Origin: Alphaproteobacteria bacterium
GTDB taxonomy: Bacteria > Pseudomonadota > Alphaproteobacteria > UBA6615
Assembly (NCBI GenBank): GCA_049601915.1
Contig: JBMYRB010000002.1
Span: 410,648-474,647, forward strand
Direction: 5' to 3'
DNA length: 64,000 nt
Under the pieces are notes generated by a model. It saw only the letters and a program-made list of their open reading frames with translations. It did no database searches and was not told the DNA's origin. Below are positions 1-10,641 of this stretch, piece by piece; the first letter of the stretch is position 1; each line of letters begins with the position of its first letter. The position numbers and the translations under genes are program-made.

Positions 1-330
1 CAGCATGCCGCCCGGCGCGATCGCGTCGACCAGCGCCGGCAAGAGCGGCCGCCAGAGATAGTTGGTCACCACCACTGTTCCAAAGGCCTGTGGGGCGGGG
101 CGCCAGGCATCTGCGCCTGTTTCGAGATCGGTCTCGAGAGCGGTCAACCCTGGATGGTTAGCGATATCGCCCAACCGTGAGGTGTCCCGGTCGAGGGCGG
201 TTACATCGAGGCCCAGCGCCAGAAATAAGCGCGTGTGACGGCCCGCACCGCACGCGACATCGAGGACGGGGCCGGTCGCTTGTCGCGAAAAGCGGGTAAT
301 CCAGGGAGATGCCGGGGTATCTGATGCCAT
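1..330 (-). CDS. Class I SAM-dependent methyltransferase (partial; C-terminus runs off the window edge)
   Basis: Minus-strand ATG at 328-330 opens a frame to position 1. Translation MASDTPASPWITRFSRQATGPVLDVACGAGRHTRLFLALGLDVTALD carries the VLDVACGAG glycine-rich SAM-binding motif I. Not in the ORF track because it has no stop inside the window. Confidence 0.6.
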   Translation of the reverse strand, partial: MASDTPASPWITRFSRQATGPVLDVACGAGRHTRLFLALGLDVTALDRDTSRLGDIANHPGLTALETDLETGADAWRPAPQAFGTVVVTNYLWRPLLPALVDAIAPGGML

Positions 331-440
331 TGTCGTGCTCGATTGAGGCTTGTATTTTCTCTCGAATAGCACCAATTCTTCTGCCTTCGTACTCTTTCAC
401 GTCGGCGGGCGCCGATAAGTAGCCGCAGAGACCGTTCGAA

Positions 441-869
441 ATGATTAGCTTTAATCTGATCTGCAAGAATGACCACGAATTCGAAGGGTGGTTCCGCAAT
501 TCGGCCGACTTTGATCGCCAGGCGAAGAAGCAACTGGTCGAGTGTCCGGAGTGTGGCAACACCGAAGTGTCCAAATCACTGATGGCGCCGGTCGTGGGCG
601 CCAAGGATACGGTTCGGGCCAGCCGCACCGAGAAGGCGGAGCAGGCCAAGAAGCTCAAGAAGATGCTCGGCGAGGTCCGCGAGTATGTTGAAACCAACTT
701 CGACGATGTGGGGGATGACTTCACTGACGAAGCGCGGAAAATCTACTACGGCGAGGCCGACGAACGACCCATTTATGGCAACGCCACGGATGAGGACGCG
801 AAGGAACTGGCCGAAGAAGGGGTGCCCGTCGGCAAGCTGCCCTGGGTGAAACCGCGCGTCGAGAACTAG
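441..869 (+). CDS. DUF1178 family protein (small zinc-ribbon-like CPxCG protein conserved in Alphaproteobacteria)
   Basis: 142 aa. N-terminal MISFNLICKNDHEFEGWFRNSADFD followed by CPECGN is typical of DUF1178. Ends with TAG. Confidence 0.7.
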   Translation: MISFNLICKNDHEFEGWFRNSADFDRQAKKQLVECPECGNTEVSKSLMAPVVGAKDTVRASRTEKAEQAKKLKKMLGEVREYVETNFDDVGDDFTDEARKIYYGEADERPIYGNATDEDAKELAEEGVPVGKLPWVKPRVEN

Positions 870-894
870 CGCAGCTTTGCGTCAAGGCGCTGCT

Positions 895-1650
895 CTAAGC
901 GTGACGCCAGCCCACCCCCATATAGTTCACAGCCATATCCGACCTGTTGCGTGACCAGATGCCGGTGAGCGGGTTAAAGACCACGCCCGTCAATTCGAGC
1001 ATCTCGATTCCGCCGGCTTCCAGGCCGTTGACCATCTCCGAGGGTTTGACGAACTTGCGCCAGTTATGGGTGCCGCGCGGCAGCCAGCGCATAACATACT
1101 CGGCACCGACGATGGCCAGCGCGAACGCCTTGGGTGTCCGATTCAGGGTCGCGGCAAATGTGAGGCCGCCCGGTTCGACAAGCTGGGCGCAGGCCCCGAG
1201 GAAGCTCGCCGGGTCGGCCACATGCTCGACGACCTCCATGCTGAGCACGATATCGAAGCTGGCACCGGCACCAAGCAGCTCTTCGGCGGTTGTAGTCCGG
1301 TAATCAATGTCCAGGTCTGATTCAGCGGCATGCAGAGACGCGATTTCGACGTTCTGGGCGACGGCGTCGATCCCGGTCACCTTTGCACCCAGGCGTGCCA
1401 TGGGTTCGCACAGAAGACCGCCCCCGCATCCCACATCGACGAGACTGAGCCCCTCGAGCGGTCGGGTCGAATGCCTGTCGCGGCCGAAATGTTCGCATGC
1501 CCGGTCGCGGATATATTCAAGGCGCACCGGGTTGAAGCGGTGTAGCGGCTTGAACTTGCCCGACGGATCCCACCATTCCGCCGCCATGCGCCGGAACTTC
1601 TCCATCTCAGCCGGATCGCGGGAATCTGCGGTGCTGGTCTTGTCGGTCAT
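895..1650 (-). CDS. ubiG: Bifunctional 3-demethylubiquinol 3-O-methyltransferase / 2-polyprenyl-6-hydroxyphenol methylase
   Basis: 251 aa with [14 protein letters not shown] motif and a C-terminal region characteristic of UbiG. The ubiG-lysC-ptsP neighbourhood is typical of Alphaproteobacteria. Ends with TAG. Confidence 0.9.
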   Translation of the reverse strand: MTDKTSTADSRDPAEMEKFRRMAAEWWDPSGKFKPLHRFNPVRLEYIRDRACEHFGRDRHSTRPLEGLSLVDVGCGGGLLCEPMARLGAKVTGIDAVAQNVEIASLHAAESDLDIDYRTTTAEELLGAGASFDIVLSMEVVEHVADPASFLGACAQLVEPGGLTFAATLNRTPKAFALAIVGAEYVMRWLPRGTHNWRKFVKPSEMVNGLEAGGIEMLELTGVVFNPLTGIWSRNRSDMAVNYMGVGWRHA

Positions 1651-1835
1651 TGGGTCGTTGCTTTCGTCATTCTCTTCTTTCGACCGGACCCCGCGACGCT
1701 TGCAAGCGGGGTTTGGGCTGAGTATGGATACGCCGCCTTTACATCACAAGCTGGCACCGCAGGCACCGATCGCGGCAACGCCGCATGTCCTGTGCTTCTA
1801 TATGTGTGCTTGTGACGGGCGTAATGGAAGAGACC

Positions 1836-3071
1836 ATGGCACGAATTGTTGCAAAATTCGGCGGGACATCCGTCGCTGATCTGGATCGAATCCGCGCGGT
1901 TGCGGAGCGGATCAAGCGTGAGCATGACGCCGGGCATCAGGTTGCTGTCGTGGTGTCGGCCATGGCCGGTGTCACGAACGACCTGGTCGCGCTGACGCGC
2001 GAGGCCCACGCCCTGCATGACGCACGCGAGTATGACGTCGTGGTGTCGACGGGCGAACAGGTGACGGCGGGCTTGCTCGCTATTTGCCTGCAGGAGAAGG
2101 GGGTACCGGCGCGCTCCTGGCTGGGTTGGCAGATTCCGATCCGGACGTCTGATGCGCATGCGCGAGCGCGCATCGAGGGGATCGAGATCGAGGAAATGGA
2201 TCGCCGTTTCTCCGACGGTCAGGTCTGTGTGCTCGCCGGTTTCCAGGGCATCGGCCCGGACAACCGCGTCACCACATTGGGGCGCGGCGGGTCGGATACG
2301 ACCGCCGTGGCGCTGGCGGCCGCTCTCAAGGCAGACCGTTGTGACATCTATACCGACGTGGACGGGGTCTACACCTCCGATCCGCGGATCGTGACGCGCG
2401 CACGCAAGCTGAGTAAGGTCACCTATGAGGAGATGCTCGAAATGGCATCCCTCGGTGCGAAGGTCCTGCAGACCCGCTCGGTTGAGCTGGCGATGAACCA
2501 CAGGGTTCCGGTTCAAGTTCTCTCATCATTCGACGAAGCCGTCGGCAGCGAGCGACCGGGGACCCTGGTCGTGGACGAGGAAGATATCGTGGAGCACGAA
2601 ATTGTAAGCGGCGTTACCTACAGCCGCGACGAAGCCAAGATTACCCTGGTACAGGTCTCCGACCGGCCGGGCGTGGCGGCCGCCATATTCGGGCCGCTCG
2701 CCGATGCGAACGTCAATGTCGACATGATCGTGCAGAATGTGTCGGAAGACGGCACCAGCACGGACATGACCTTCACGGTGTCCCGCGGCGATCTGGATCG
2801 CGCCATCGAGATGCTCAACGCCAGCCAGGATGAGCTCGGCTTTACATCGCTGGTGCCCGACGCCGACGTCGTGAAGGTCTCGGTGGTCGGCGTGGGCATG
2901 CGCAGTCATGCCGGCGTCGCCCAGCGGATGTTCTCGGTGCTTGCCGAGCGCGGGATCAACATTCAGGTGATCTCCACCTCGGAGATCAAGATCAGCGTGC
3001 TGATCGCCGAGGAGTTCACCGAACTGGCCTTGCGCGCGCTGCACACTGCCTACGGGCTCGACGCCGCATAG
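1836..3071 (+). CDS. lysC: Aspartate kinase
   Basis: MARIVAKFGGTSV is a canonical aspartokinase N-terminus, with ACT domains at the C-terminus. Start moved from the track start to the internal ATG at 1836. Ends with TAG. Confidence 0.9.
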   Translation: MARIVAKFGGTSVADLDRIRAVAERIKREHDAGHQVAVVVSAMAGVTNDLVALTREAHALHDAREYDVVVSTGEQVTAGLLAICLQEKGVPARSWLGWQIPIRTSDAHARARIEGIEIEEMDRRFSDGQVCVLAGFQGIGPDNRVTTLGRGGSDTTAVALAAALKADRCDIYTDVDGVYTSDPRIVTRARKLSKVTYEEMLEMASLGAKVLQTRSVELAMNHRVPVQVLSSFDEAVGSERPGTLVVDEEDIVEHEIVSGVTYSRDEAKITLVQVSDRPGVAAAIFGPLADANVNVDMIVQNVSEDGTSTDMTFTVSRGDLDRAIEMLNASQDELGFTSLVPDADVVKVSVVGVGMRSHAGVAQRMFSVLAERGINIQVISTSEIKISVLIAEEFTELALRALHTAYGLDAA

Positions 3072-3153
3072 AGGTCCAAATGTTCCCCAGCTTCGCCCAT
3101 TCCGAGCACGGTCGAAGCCGCGCATCGGCGACGGCAGGGCGGGCGGTGCGGTT

Positions 3154-5454
3154 ATGAAGCCGCCGGGCAGAAATCTAGGTGAATCATCATTGAGTGCTGC
3201 GGGTTGGGCAGGCTCGCGCCGGCTCTTGCGCCGGCTTCGTGATATCATGGCGGGGCCGGATGCAGCGCAGGCACGGCTTGACCAGATCGCTGCGCTCATC
3301 GCCCGTGAACTTGTCGCGGAGGTGTGTTCGATTTATGTGCGCCGTGCCGGCGACGTGCTTGAGTTGTTTGCCACGGAGGGGCTGCGCGCCGATGCCGTGC
3401 GCAACACCCGCCTGATGGTCGGCGAGGGCCTGGTGGGATTTGTGGCCGCCCAGGCCATGCCGGTCGCGCTGGCCGATGCGCAAAGCCACCCGCTGTTTGC
3501 CTACAGGCCGGAAACCGGCGAGGAGCTCTATTCTTCCTTGATGGGGGTTCCGGTGTTGCGGGGTGGGCGCGTGCTCGGCGTCCTGGTCGTGCAAAACCGG
3601 ACCGAGCGCTCCTACACCGACGAAGAGGTGGAAACGCTTGAGACCACGGCCATGGTCCTCGCCGAGTTGATCGCCGGCAGCGACATTCTGAACCTGGACG
3701 CCGCGCGTTACGACGCGGTCACCGAAGCCTTGCCTCAGCGTCTCGAAGGCCTGGCGCTGAGTCCGGGGCTGACGGCCGGGACCGCCGTGGTGCAGCGCCA
3801 GCGGGTGACCATCGAGCGCATGCTCAGTGATGACCCTGCGGCCGAGGAACAGCGCGTCCGCGATGCTTTGACGGGCATGCATGGTCAGCTCGACGAGGCG
3901 CTGGCGCGGATGGAGTTTTCCGGAAAGAGCGAGCACCGCGATGTTCTGGAGACCTTCCGGATGTTTGCCGAGGATCGGGGATGGCTGCGCCGGATAGACG
4001 AGGCCATCCGTTCGGGCCTGTCGGCCGAGGCCGCCGTCCAGCGCGTGCAGGACGAGACTCGTGTTCGAATGGGCCAGGTGAAGGACAGTTTTCTGCGCGA
4101 GCGCCTGCTCGACTTCGAAGAGCTGACCGATCGGTTGCTGCGCCAACTTGCCAATGACGGGGTTGATGCAGGGGTTCAATTGCCGGTGGATGCTGTGCTG
4201 GTCGCTCGCACGCTGGGACCCGCCGAACTGCTGAACTATGACCCGGAAAACCTCAAAGCGGTGATTCTCGAAGAGGGCTCGGCCAACGCCCATGCGACGA
4301 TCGTTGCACGGGCATTGGGGGTGCCGCTCGTAGGTCGCCTTGAGGACCTGCTGTCGCGGATTGAAACGGGTGACGCGGTGCTCGTCGATGGCGAGAATGG
4401 CGTGGCCTATCTGCGGCCGGGCGACGAGGTGCGGGCGAATTTCGAGACGGCGGCGTCCGCCCGAAGCGCGCGCCTCGAGGTGTATCAGGGCCTGCGCAAC
4501 AAGGCGTCGGAAACCCGCGATGGCAAGTCGGTGTCCCTGCTTCTCAACGCCGGACTACTGGCCGATATGGTGCGGCTCGACGAGACCGGCGCTGAGGGCA
4601 TCGGCCTCTATCGCACGGAAATACCGTTCATGATGCGGTCCGACTATCCCGATGTGGCCGCGCAGACCGATTTTTATGCGCGGGTGCTGGACGAGGCGAA
4701 TGGGCGGCCCGTCACATTCCGGACGCTTGATATCGGCGGCGACAAGGCGTTGCCGTATCTGCACAACGCCACAGAGGAAAACCCGGCGATGGGCTGGCGG
4801 GCAACACGCATCGCCCTCGATCGACCGGTCATGCTGCGCCACCAATTGCGGGCCCTGATCACGGCGAGTGCCGGCCGTGACTTGGCCGTGATGTTTCCGA
4901 TGATTGCGCAGGTCTCGGAATTCGACGCCGCCCGGGAGTTGCTTGATATTGAAATTGCGCGCGCGTCACGGCGCGGCGAACCGGTGCCGGCGACGATCCG
5001 GTCCGGCGTCATGCTCGAAGTTCCTGCGCTTGCGATGCAATTCGAAAATCTCCTGCCGCGGGTCGATTTCCTGTCCGTCGGGAGCAACGATCTGGTGCAG
5101 TTCCTGTTCGCCTCGGATCGCGGGAACCCGAGAATGGAGGGACGTTACGACACGTTGTCGCCGGCAGTTCTGACCTTCCTCGAACGCATTGTCGGTGCGT
5201 GCGATGCACACGAGGTGGAGCTTACAATTTGTGGGGAAATGGCGGGCGATCCTGTCGCGGCGATGGCGTTGATCGGGATCGGATTCCGACGGCTTTCGAT
5301 GTCGCCGGCGAATATCGGGCCTGTAAAGGCGATGGTCAGATCGATGTCGGTCGAGGGCATGGTGGGATATCTCGAAGGTCTGCTGCATGCACCATACCCA
5401 AGTATTCGGTCGCATCTGCGCGGCTTCGCGCGCGATCATGGGGTTGAAGTCTAA
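3154..5454 (+). CDS. ptsP: Phosphoenolpyruvate-protein phosphotransferase EI-Ntr (GAF domain plus PEP-utilizing enzyme domains)
   Basis: 766 aa with an N-terminal GAF domain (IYVRRAGDVLELFATEGL...) followed by the EI phosphohistidine and PEP-binding domains (RTEIPFM, GGDKALPYL...). The true start may be the MAGPD codon near 3247. Confidence 0.85.
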   Translation: MKPPGRNLGESSLSAAGWAGSRRLLRRLRDIMAGPDAAQARLDQIAALIARELVAEVCSIYVRRAGDVLELFATEGLRADAVRNTRLMVGEGLVGFVAAQAMPVALADAQSHPLFAYRPETGEELYSSLMGVPVLRGGRVLGVLVVQNRTERSYTDEEVETLETTAMVLAELIAGSDILNLDAARYDAVTEALPQRLEGLALSPGLTAGTAVVQRQRVTIERMLSDDPAAEEQRVRDALTGMHGQLDEALARMEFSGKSEHRDVLETFRMFAEDRGWLRRIDEAIRSGLSAEAAVQRVQDETRVRMGQVKDSFLRERLLDFEELTDRLLRQLANDGVDAGVQLPVDAVLVARTLGPAELLNYDPENLKAVILEEGSANAHATIVARALGVPLVGRLEDLLSRIETGDAVLVDGENGVAYLRPGDEVRANFETAASARSARLEVYQGLRNKASETRDGKSVSLLLNAGLLADMVRLDETGAEGIGLYRTEIPFMMRSDYPDVAAQTDFYARVLDEANGRPVTFRTLDIGGDKALPYLHNATEENPAMGWRATRIALDRPVMLRHQLRALITASAGRDLAVMFPMIAQVSEFDAARELLDIEIARASRRGEPVPATIRSGVMLEVPALAMQFENLLPRVDFLSVGSNDLVQFLFASDRGNPRMEGRYDTLSPAVLTFLERIVGACDAHEVELTICGEMAGDPVAAMALIGIGFRRLSMSPANIGPVKAMVRSMSVEGMVGYLEGLLHAPYPSIRSHLRGFARDHGVEV

Positions 5455-5606
5455 ATCATTGCGGCTGGGACTCGCATTTGATACTAAGTCGATACACCAA
5501 CGTGAATTTCGTTTGATTATGGTGACTTAGATCGCAGTTCGCACTTTTCAGACCCGAACCTGGCATCTGACAGGAACTGGTTTTTGCGACAGGCGAAATT
5601 CACTGA

Positions 5607-6782
5607 ATGTCGTTGGCCGGAGACCCGATGGTACGTCTGAATCCACGATCCTTTCGCGTCCTGAACCAGGATAACGGCGCGGACATTATGCACTCGGTCG
5701 AGGGCGCGGATCATGTCGGTGCGTTCCTGCGTGAGGCGCGTGAGACGACCGGCCGGACCGTGGCCGATGTCGCGCAGAATCTACGTATCCGCCGTGTCTA
5801 TCTCGAAGCCATCGAGGACGGCCGTTTCGACGAGTTGCCGGGCGCGACATATGCCGTCGGGTTCGTGCGCTCCTACGCGGCCTATCTGCGTCTGGATGCT
5901 CCCACACTGGTTGCGCGTTTCAAGGAAGAAGCCAGCGGTATACAGGCACCCCAGGAGCTTGAATTCCCAATGCCGGTACCGGAGGGACGTTTTCCCGGCG
6001 GGTTGCTGGTAACCATTTGCCTGCTCGTTGGCGCAGCCGCGTTCGGAGGTTGGTACTGGGTTCAAAGCCAGAATGGCATCGAGGTCGCGCGGGTTCCCGC
6101 ACCACCTGGTGACGTGCAAGAAAGTCCCGAGACGACCGCATCGCCGCCGGACAGCCCGGCCTCACCCGCGCCGTCACGTGTGGCCGCGGCGGCCGAGCCA
6201 GAAACAATCCCGTTCGAGGGACCGACGCCCGCTGAACCGGCGATCCCTGAGCCGGCCACCGTCGACCTGCCGAGCGCCGATGTGGTGGAACGTAACGCAG
6301 GTTTCGAACCTGCGGCCCCCACGCCTGTAGAGGACACATCGGCGGAAGCGCCGGCGACGGATACCGAGGTTGCCGTGGTTACACCTGCGCCTGCTGAATT
6401 TTCATCCGAGCCTGCCATTATTGCGATCCCCGAGATCGAAGGAACCCAGGCGTCGGCGAGCGATAACCCGGAGGACCGCGAGGGCCGCACTTATGGCGCG
6501 AGAAATGCCGCGGCGCGGATCATCCTGCGCGCCGAGGAAAACACCTGGGTTCAGATTCGCGACGCCGATGAAAATGTGATTCTGACCCAGATGCTCCAGG
6601 CGGGAGACAGGTATCTCGTGCCAAACCGCGACGGAATGCGGCTGATGACGGGCAATGCCGGCGGTCTCGATATTTCCGTCGACGGGGACTCGGTTCCCAC
6701 GATCGGGGAACGCGGTGAAAGCCGGCGTGATGTGCGCCTGGACCCCAATCTCCTCAAGACAGGAACCGCGGTCGTTCGATAG
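5607..6782 (+). CDS. rodZ: RodZ-like cytoskeleton protein (HTH_XRE plus TM segment plus Pro/Ala-rich linker plus C-terminal DUF4115)
   Basis: The HTH is TTGRTVADVAQNLRIRRVYLEAIE. A hydrophobic segment LLVTICLLVGAAAFGGWYW follows, then a low-complexity P/A/E linker and a C-terminal DUF4115-like block (ARIILRAEENTWVQIRDADENVI...). It sits just upstream of ispG, as in many Proteobacteria. Start codon uncertain. Confidence 0.7.
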   Translation: MSLAGDPMVRLNPRSFRVLNQDNGADIMHSVEGADHVGAFLREARETTGRTVADVAQNLRIRRVYLEAIEDGRFDELPGATYAVGFVRSYAAYLRLDAPTLVARFKEEASGIQAPQELEFPMPVPEGRFPGGLLVTICLLVGAAAFGGWYWVQSQNGIEVARVPAPPGDVQESPETTASPPDSPASPAPSRVAAAAEPETIPFEGPTPAEPAIPEPATVDLPSADVVERNAGFEPAAPTPVEDTSAEAPATDTEVAVVTPAPAEFSSEPAIIAIPEIEGTQASASDNPEDREGRTYGARNAAARIILRAEENTWVQIRDADENVILTQMLQAGDRYLVPNRDGMRLMTGNAGGLDISVDGDSVPTIGERGESRRDVRLDPNLLKTGTAVVR

Positions 6783-6887
6783 CGTCTGTAGCACCCGCAC
6801 CCGGTTGATATTTGACCCGACCGCGCGCATGTTACGGCAGATTTTCAAGGTCATCTTTCAGCGTCGAATCCGAAGGTTGATACAAGC

Positions 6888-8033
6888 ATGAGCGTCCGCC
6901 CTTATCGCAACATTGAACGGCGAAAAAGCCGGCAGATCATGGTTGGCGACGTCCCCGTCGGCGGCGATGCGCCGATCACGGTGCAGTCGATGACCAACAC
7001 CCGGACCACCGACGTGGCGGGCACGATCGATCAGATCCGCGCGCTCGAAGTGGCGGGGGCGGATATCGTGCGGGTGTCGTGTCCCGATGAGGAGAGCACG
7101 GCGGCGCTTCGCCAGATCATTCCCGAGGTCACGGTGCCGGTCGTCGCGGATATCCATTTCCACTATCGCCGTGCGATCGAGGCGGCCGAGGCGGGGGCGG
7201 CGTGTTTGCGGTTGAACCCGGGCAATATCGGTTCACGCGATCGCGTGCGCGAGGTTGTCCACGCGGCACGCGACAACAATTGCTCCATGCGCATCGGCGT
7301 CAATGGCGGTAGCCTCGAGAAGGAGTTGCTCGACAAATATGGTGAGCCCTGTCCCGAGGCATTGATCGAAAGCGCCCTGAATTCCGTGCGCATGCTGGAG
7401 AACGAGGATTTCCGCGAGTTCAAGATTTCGGTGAAGGCGTCGGATGTATTCCTCGCCGTGGTGTCCTATATGGGGCTCGCCGAGGCGTGTGATTATCCGC
7501 TGCATATCGGCATCACCGAGGCGGGTGGATTGCGTTCGGGGACGGTCAAGTCCTCGGTCGGCCTCGGTATGCTTCTCTGGTCCGGCATCGGCGATACGCT
7601 GCGCGTGTCCCTGTCGGCTGATCCGGTCGAAGAGGTGAAGGTCGGCTTCGATCTGCTCAAATCCTTGGGCCTGCGGCACCGGGGCGTGAACGTGATTTCC
7701 TGCCCGTCCTGCGCGCGCCAGCAATATGACGTGATCGAGACCGTGAAAGTCCTTGAAGAACGCCTGTCGCACATCACCACACCGATGACGGTATCGGTGA
7801 TCGGTTGCGTGGTGAATGGACCGGGCGAGGCCACGATGACGGATATCGGCTTCACCGGCGGCGGTCGTGGCACCCACCAGGTCTATATCGGCGGCCAGCC
7901 CCATCACCGCCTGCAGGATGAAGATATCGTCGACCATCTGGTCGGCCTTGTAGAGGCGAAGGCGGCGGAGATCGACGCGGCAGATGCCGCCAAAGCTGAG
8001 GACGCAGGTACCCTGTCCTCCGCGGCTGAATAG
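6888..8033 (+). CDS. ispG: 4-hydroxy-3-methylbut-2-en-1-yl diphosphate synthase (flavodoxin)
   Basis: 381 aa with the canonical GcpE N-terminus [27 protein letters not shown] and the C-terminal [4Fe-4S] cysteine motif CPSCAR...GCVVNGPGE. Confidence 0.9.
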   Translation: MSVRPYRNIERRKSRQIMVGDVPVGGDAPITVQSMTNTRTTDVAGTIDQIRALEVAGADIVRVSCPDEESTAALRQIIPEVTVPVVADIHFHYRRAIEAAEAGAACLRLNPGNIGSRDRVREVVHAARDNNCSMRIGVNGGSLEKELLDKYGEPCPEALIESALNSVRMLENEDFREFKISVKASDVFLAVVSYMGLAEACDYPLHIGITEAGGLRSGTVKSSVGLGMLLWSGIGDTLRVSLSADPVEEVKVGFDLLKSLGLRHRGVNVISCPSCARQQYDVIETVKVLEERLSHITTPMTVSVIGCVVNGPGEATMTDIGFTGGGRGTHQVYIGGQPHHRLQDEDIVDHLVGLVEAKAAEIDAADAAKAEDAGTLSSAAE

Positions 8034-8055
8034 TCCGATACGCGCCGAGAAGACC

Positions 8056-9300
8056 GTGGCAAAACTCCAACCCGTCCGTGGCACACATGACCTGATCGGT
8101 GACGAGGCGCGCGCGCAACTTGCCATCGTTGCGGCTGCGCGTGAGGTCGCCGACAGGTATGGCTACGGCCCGATGGCGACGCCGATCTTCGAATTCACCG
8201 ACGTGTTCCAGCGCACCCTTGGTGACACGTCGGACATCGTGACCAAGGAGATGTACACATTCGAAGACAAGGGCGGCGACAGCCTGACCCTGCGCCCCGA
8301 AGGCACCGCGGGTATCGCGCGGGCGGTGATTTCGGGGGGCTTGCGCAACGAGCTACCGCTCAAATGTTTTTACAACGGACCGATGTTTCGCCATGAGCGT
8401 CCCCAGAAGGGCCGCTTGCGCCAATTCCACCAGATCGGAGTTGAGTTGATCGGGGTCGCAGAGCCGACAGGCGATGTCGAAGTGATTGCGCTGGGTGCGG
8501 ACATTCTCGACGCGCTCGGCATTCTGTCCGAGACAACCCTGGAATTGAACACGCTGGGCGATAGCGAGAGCCGCGCGGCTTATCGCGACGCGCTGGTCGA
8601 ATACTTCTCGGGCCATGCCGCCAAGCTGTCAGACGACAGCCGCGAACGCCTGCAGCGCAACCCGCTCCGGATACTCGATTCCAAGAATGAAGGCGACCGC
8701 GCCGTGATCGCGGACGCACCGGTGTTCGATGATTATCTGAGCGATGATGCGCGCGCGTTTTTCGATGCCGTGCGCGCCGGCCTCGATACGATCGGGATTG
8801 CCTACACGCTCAACCCGCGGCTCGTGCGCGGCCTTGATTACTACAGTCACACCGCCTTCGAGTTCACGACCCAGGCGCTGGGCGCACAGGGCACCGTGCT
8901 GGCCGGCGGGCGCTATGACGGCCTGATCGAGACCATGGGTGGGCTTGCCACACCGGGTGTTGGCTGGGCGGCCGGCGTAGAGCGGTTGGCGATGATGCTT
9001 GGCGATCCGGTCCAGCCGACCCGCGCGATAGCGCTTGTCGGGATGGGCGAGGACGGTGAGCATGAAACAGTCCGCCTTGCGCGCGAGTTGCGCCGTGCCG
9101 GATTGACGATTGAACTGCTCTACAAGGGCGGTATGAAGCGCGGTCTGAGACGCGCCGACCGAATCAATGCCACGGCGGCCGTGCTGATCGGCGACGATGA
9201 GCTGGCCAAGGGGGCCGTGACCGTACGCGACCTGGACAGTGGTGAGCAGACCGACGTGGCCATCGCCGACCTGACCGACCACCTCGCCGCCTACCGTTAG
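8056..9300 (+). CDS. hisS: Histidine--tRNA ligase
   Basis: Class II aaRS motifs (FRHERPQKGRLRQFHQIGVE, GGRYDGL). The track ORF starts at 7984, inside ispG. The GTG at 8056 (VAKLQPVRGTHD) is the more likely start. Confidence 0.85.
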   Translation: MAKLQPVRGTHDLIGDEARAQLAIVAAAREVADRYGYGPMATPIFEFTDVFQRTLGDTSDIVTKEMYTFEDKGGDSLTLRPEGTAGIARAVISGGLRNELPLKCFYNGPMFRHERPQKGRLRQFHQIGVELIGVAEPTGDVEVIALGADILDALGILSETTLELNTLGDSESRAAYRDALVEYFSGHAAKLSDDSRERLQRNPLRILDSKNEGDRAVIADAPVFDDYLSDDARAFFDAVRAGLDTIGIAYTLNPRLVRGLDYYSHTAFEFTTQALGAQGTVLAGGRYDGLIETMGGLATPGVGWAAGVERLAMMLGDPVQPTRAIALVGMGEDGEHETVRLARELRRAGLTIELLYKGGMKRGLRRADRINATAAVLIGDDELAKGAVTVRDLDSGEQTDVAIADLTDHLAAYR

Positions 9301-9312
9301 CGACACACAGAT

Positions 9313-10641
9313 ATGGGCCACCGTCCTGAACAGGGGGCGGCGCCGGCCGACTATGTCGTCGTTGGCGCCAGCCACAAGACCAGCAGTGCCGCCTTGCGGG
9401 ATCGATTATTTATCGAGGACGCAGAGGTGCCCGACATGCTGTCGGCGCTCCGGAAAGGCGGCTTCGATCAGGCGTTGGTGGTCTCGACCTGTGACCGGGT
9501 GGAGTTTCATGGCGCGGCCGCGGACCCCGAGCGGGCTGTCGGCACCGCGCGAGAGCTGATGGGTGCGCGTGTCGGCGGCGGACAGGCGGACAGCTACATC
9601 TTCGACCTGACAGGTGTGAATGCGGCGCGACATGTGTTCGCCGTCGCAGCGAGCCTGGAGAGCGTTATCGTGGGTGAAAGCGAAGTGCTCGGACAGATCA
9701 AGGCCGCCCACGCGCTGGCGCACAAGACCGGCGGGGTGGGCCGCGAACTCGAAAGCCTGATGCAGCATGCCTACGGAGCGGCGAAGGATGTCCGCGCGAA
9801 CACCACAATTGCCGAGGGGCCCGTGTCTCTGGCGACGGCTGCGGTGCAGGCCGCACGCGACCTGTTCGGTAGCCTCGATGAAGTGTCGGCACTGCTGATT
9901 GGCCCGGCCGAGATGGGGATGCTGATGCTCGACCAGTTTCGTGGTGGCGGCTTGCGACGGGTTACGGTCGCGGCCAGCAATGCGACGCGCGGCCAGGCGT
10001 TGGCACGAATTGTCGAGGGTCACGCCGTGACTTACGACGGTATTCCCGCAGCACTCGTCGGCGCCGATCTCGTGATCGGCGCGGCAGGGCTCGGACGTCC
10101 GATGATCACCGCCGCTATGCTGCAGGACGCCCTGCGGGCGCGCCGGCGTAAACCGATCTTCGTGCTCGATGTGGCGATACCCAATGACGCCGATCCAGAT
10201 ATCGCCGGTCTCGAGGATGCATTCCTTTACGACCTCGATCATCTGGAGTCGATTTCGCGCTCCAACCGGGAATCACGCGATGCGGCAGCGGCCGCGGCAT
10301 GGCAGACGATCGAGCAGCACATCACGCTTTTTCATAATTCACGTGCAGAGAGGGATGCGGTGCCCGTCGTGGCCGACCTGCGAGCGCATTTCGAAGCGGT
10401 TCGCACCGAGCTCCTGTCGGACAATCCGCGAGCCGACGTAGACGAAATGACGCGGCGTTTAATCAACCGGCTGCTGCACACGCCCTCCCAGACATTGCGC
10501 GCGGCGGCGCGAGACGAAGGTGGGGACAGTTCCATCGCCAAGGCGGCCCGGCGCATGTTCGGGCTGGTGCGGGACGAACAAGAGACAGAAACCAAACCCG
10601 AAGCGGACGGCATGAACCCGTCCGGGAGTGAAAACGAATGA
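9313..10641 (+). CDS. hemA: Glutamyl-tRNA reductase homolog (HemA/GtrA family), with a non-canonical nucleotide-binding motif
   Basis: Aligns along its full length with E. coli HemA in my mental alignment: [10 protein letters not shown] against LSTCNRTE (catalytic Cys kept), [14 protein letters not shown] against [41 protein letters not shown] against [29 protein letters not shown], and [21 protein letters not shown] against [21 protein letters not shown]. The NADPH glycine-rich motif reads LLIGPAEMG rather than GAGExx. Sits in hemA-prfA-prmC order. Confidence 0.75.
   Translation: MGHRPEQGAAPADYVVVGASHKTSSAALRDRLFIEDAEVPDMLSALRKGGFDQALVVSTCDRVEFHGAAADPERAVGTARELMGARVGGGQADSYIFDLTGVNAARHVFAVAASLESVIVGESEVLGQIKAAHALAHKTGGVGRELESLMQHAYGAAKDVRANTTIAEGPVSLATAAVQAARDLFGSLDEVSALLIGPAEMGMLMLDQFRGGGLRRVTVAASNATRGQALARIVEGHAVTYDGIPAALVGADLVIGAAGLGRPMITAAMLQDALRARRRKPIFVLDVAIPNDADPDIAGLEDAFLYDLDHLESISRSNRESRDAAAAAAWQTIEQHITLFHNSRAERDAVPVVADLRAHFEAVRTELLSDNPRADVDEMTRRLINRLLHTPSQTLRAAARDEGGDSSIAKAARRMFGLVRDEQETETKPEADGMNPSGSENE

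Noticed and set aside
158-724. Two long minus-strand ORFs (158..724 and 201..533) overlapping the DUF1178 gene
   Set aside because: Arg/Pro/Ser-rich, low-complexity translations typical of antisense frames in GC-rich DNA. The real minus-strand gene is in the third frame (1..330, the methyltransferase) and the plus-strand DUF1178 gene is well supported.
1651-1835. Lysine riboswitch (L-box) in the 185-nt lysC leader
   Set aside because: I could not find the conserved L-box helices or sequence boxes. Only a short CCCCGC...GCGGGG hairpin is present. Lysine riboswitches are also uncommon in this lineage.
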